Positions 13,712-14,784 of a DNA stretch of 14,784 nt are shown one piece after another. Numbering within the stretch: position 1 is the first letter of the stretch; every line of letters starts with the position of its first letter. This DNA is from Myxococcota bacterium. Lineage in GTDB: Bacteria; Myxococcota; UBA4151. Where the stretch lies: assembly GCA_040260805.1 (NCBI GenBank), contig JBDQPD010000087.1, forward strand, positions 1-14,784, given 5' to 3'. The position numbers were made by a program, and so were the translations under genes. The notes below the pieces were generated by a model. The model was given only the letters and a program-made list of their open reading frames with translations. It ran no database searches and had not been told where the DNA came from.

Positions 13712-14784
13712 GACTACTAAGCCTTCTTCTTCTGAGCGCTCCGATGCTCGCTTGCGAGACCATGCAGCTCTATGAGGGCGACCGAGATGGCTTTGCGCGC
13801 TTGGTCGAGGTCATGGAGCCGGTCGATATTCGGCCCAACGACCGCCGCGCTGCGGTTTTGCCCCCAGTCATGGGTCAACCGCTTGCGCCTCCGGCTAACA
13901 GCCCAAGAATGCCGAGCGCTCTACCTGAGCCGAAGATCCCAGCGCCAGGAAATCTACCCGCGCCACCCAAAACGCTGCCGATGCCTGACGATACCCCTGA
14001 AACCGGCTCACTCGCCAACCCTCCCGTGGCGATGCCTCTACCTCCGACGACCCAACCCGGGGCTCCAGCTAATCCCCCCGAAGTGAAGCCCAAGTCTCCA
14101 GCGAATGGATCCCCTGCGACGCTACCTAGGCGTTCAGACCCAATGCCTGCAGCTGCCAGACTAGCGAAACGGCCGATAGCGAAGGAACCTGCCAAGCTCA
14201 GTCTAGAAGACCCCCAAGCGGCGGCTCCGGAGCCGCTGTCTGCGCACAAGGCAAAGACCAGTTTACAGCGTGAACCGAGCTTTCAGCCGCCACCGACGAA
14301 ACCACGCGCCAAGCTGCCCGAGGTTCCGGCACCCCCTATGCCTCGAGCTGATGTACCCGCAGCTATTCCATCGACTCCGCCTCCCGCTCCTCCGGGAGAT
14401 GCTGTGGGCGCGTTGCCCAAAGCAGCCACCCGAACGGCCCAACCACAGTCTCCGATTGCTCCCCCCAATTCCCACGCACCAACAGCTCGTGATCAAGGTC
14501 GTCCTCTGATCAAGAGGACGCAGACCGTCAGCCAGGCAAGCGGCTTTGCTGCGGGTGATAACCCCTTACTTGGTGCTCAGATCGGCGGAGCGATTCGCCC
14601 GGTAGGTGCTCGAACACCCCAGATTACGCGAAAGGTGGTGGCGAGCGCCAAAGGTTCGCTCGCCGAATGCTACGTCAACGAGCAGCTCTTCCAGGACGAC
14701 GCAAAAGGCACAGCGATTGTGGTGATCGAGGTCCCCAAATATCACCCAAACCCGCCACCGATCGAGACCACAGACATCTCAGAA
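13708..14784 (+). CDS. Pro-rich lipoprotein with a putative AgmX/PglI (TonB-C-like) C-terminal domain, 3'-truncated by the window
   Basis: Hand translation from ATG 13708 (ATGA overlap with the phosphoesterase stop): MRLLSLLLLSAPMLAC (Cys16, nt 13753), then a long Pro/Ala tract, then ITRKVVASAKGSLAECYVNEQLFQDDAKGTAIVVIEV. Open for 359 codons to the edge; absent from the ORF track. Confidence 0.8.
   Translation, partial: MRLLSLLLLSAPMLACETMQLYEGDRDGFARLVEVMEPVDIRPNDRRAAVLPPVMGQPLAPPANSPRMPSALPEPKIPAPGNLPAPPKTLPMPDDTPETGSLANPPVAMPLPPTTQPGAPANPPEVKPKSPANGSPATLPRRSDPMPAAARLAKRPIAKEPAKLSLEDPQAAAPEPLSAHKAKTSLQREPSFQPPPTKPRAKLPEVPAPPMPRADVPAAIPSTPPPAPPGDAVGALPKAATRTAQPQSPIAPPNSHAPTARDQGRPLIKRTQTVSQASGFAAGDNPLLGAQIGGAIRPVGARTPQITRKVVASAKGSLAECYVNEQLFQDDAKGTAIVVIEVPKYHPNPPPIETTDISE

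Noticed and set aside
13772..14509. Track ORFs 13772..14086, 13875..14249, 14263..14496, 14270..14509 and 14283..14468
   Set aside because: All are shadows of the open frame starting at 13708, which has a lipoprotein signal and an ATGA overlap.
1..14784. Anti-phage defence system, mobile element, tRNA/rRNA or CRISPR-Cas
   Set aside because: I saw no nuclease, P-loop NTPase, integrase, transposase or reverse-transcriptase motifs, no repeat-spacer array, and the two intergenic gaps (~100 bp) show no tRNA-like structure.

Overview
GC-rich (~60%), densely coding bacterial window whose gene content points to Myxococcota or a related deltaproteobacterium (MYXO-CTERM tail, AgmX/PglI-like domain, giant TPR protein; this is inference). 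A minus-strand, translationally coupled run reads: 234-aa lipoprotein, 185-aa lipoprotein, RlmD/TrmA-type RNA uracil-C5 methyltransferase, then a mutL 5' end missing from the ORF track. The mutL frame switches in frame after ~69 codons into unrelated, lower-GC acidic sequence. Divergent from this run is an 864-aa lipoprotein with motifs colinear with both barrels of BPI/LBP-type (TULIP) lipid-binding proteins, followed by an Ig/Y_Y_Y-like region and a MYXO-CTERM anchor; this is the most interesting item. It converges on a 2129-aa TPR-like protein. The right end carries a coupled plus-strand run: a small 2-TM protein, a purple-acid-phosphatase-like lipoprotein with altered metal ligands, and a truncated Pro-rich lipoprotein with an AgmX/PglI-like domain (also missing from the ORF track). 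I found no RNA genes, CRISPR arrays or mobile elements. All homology calls are by eye, from recalled motifs, not from database searches.
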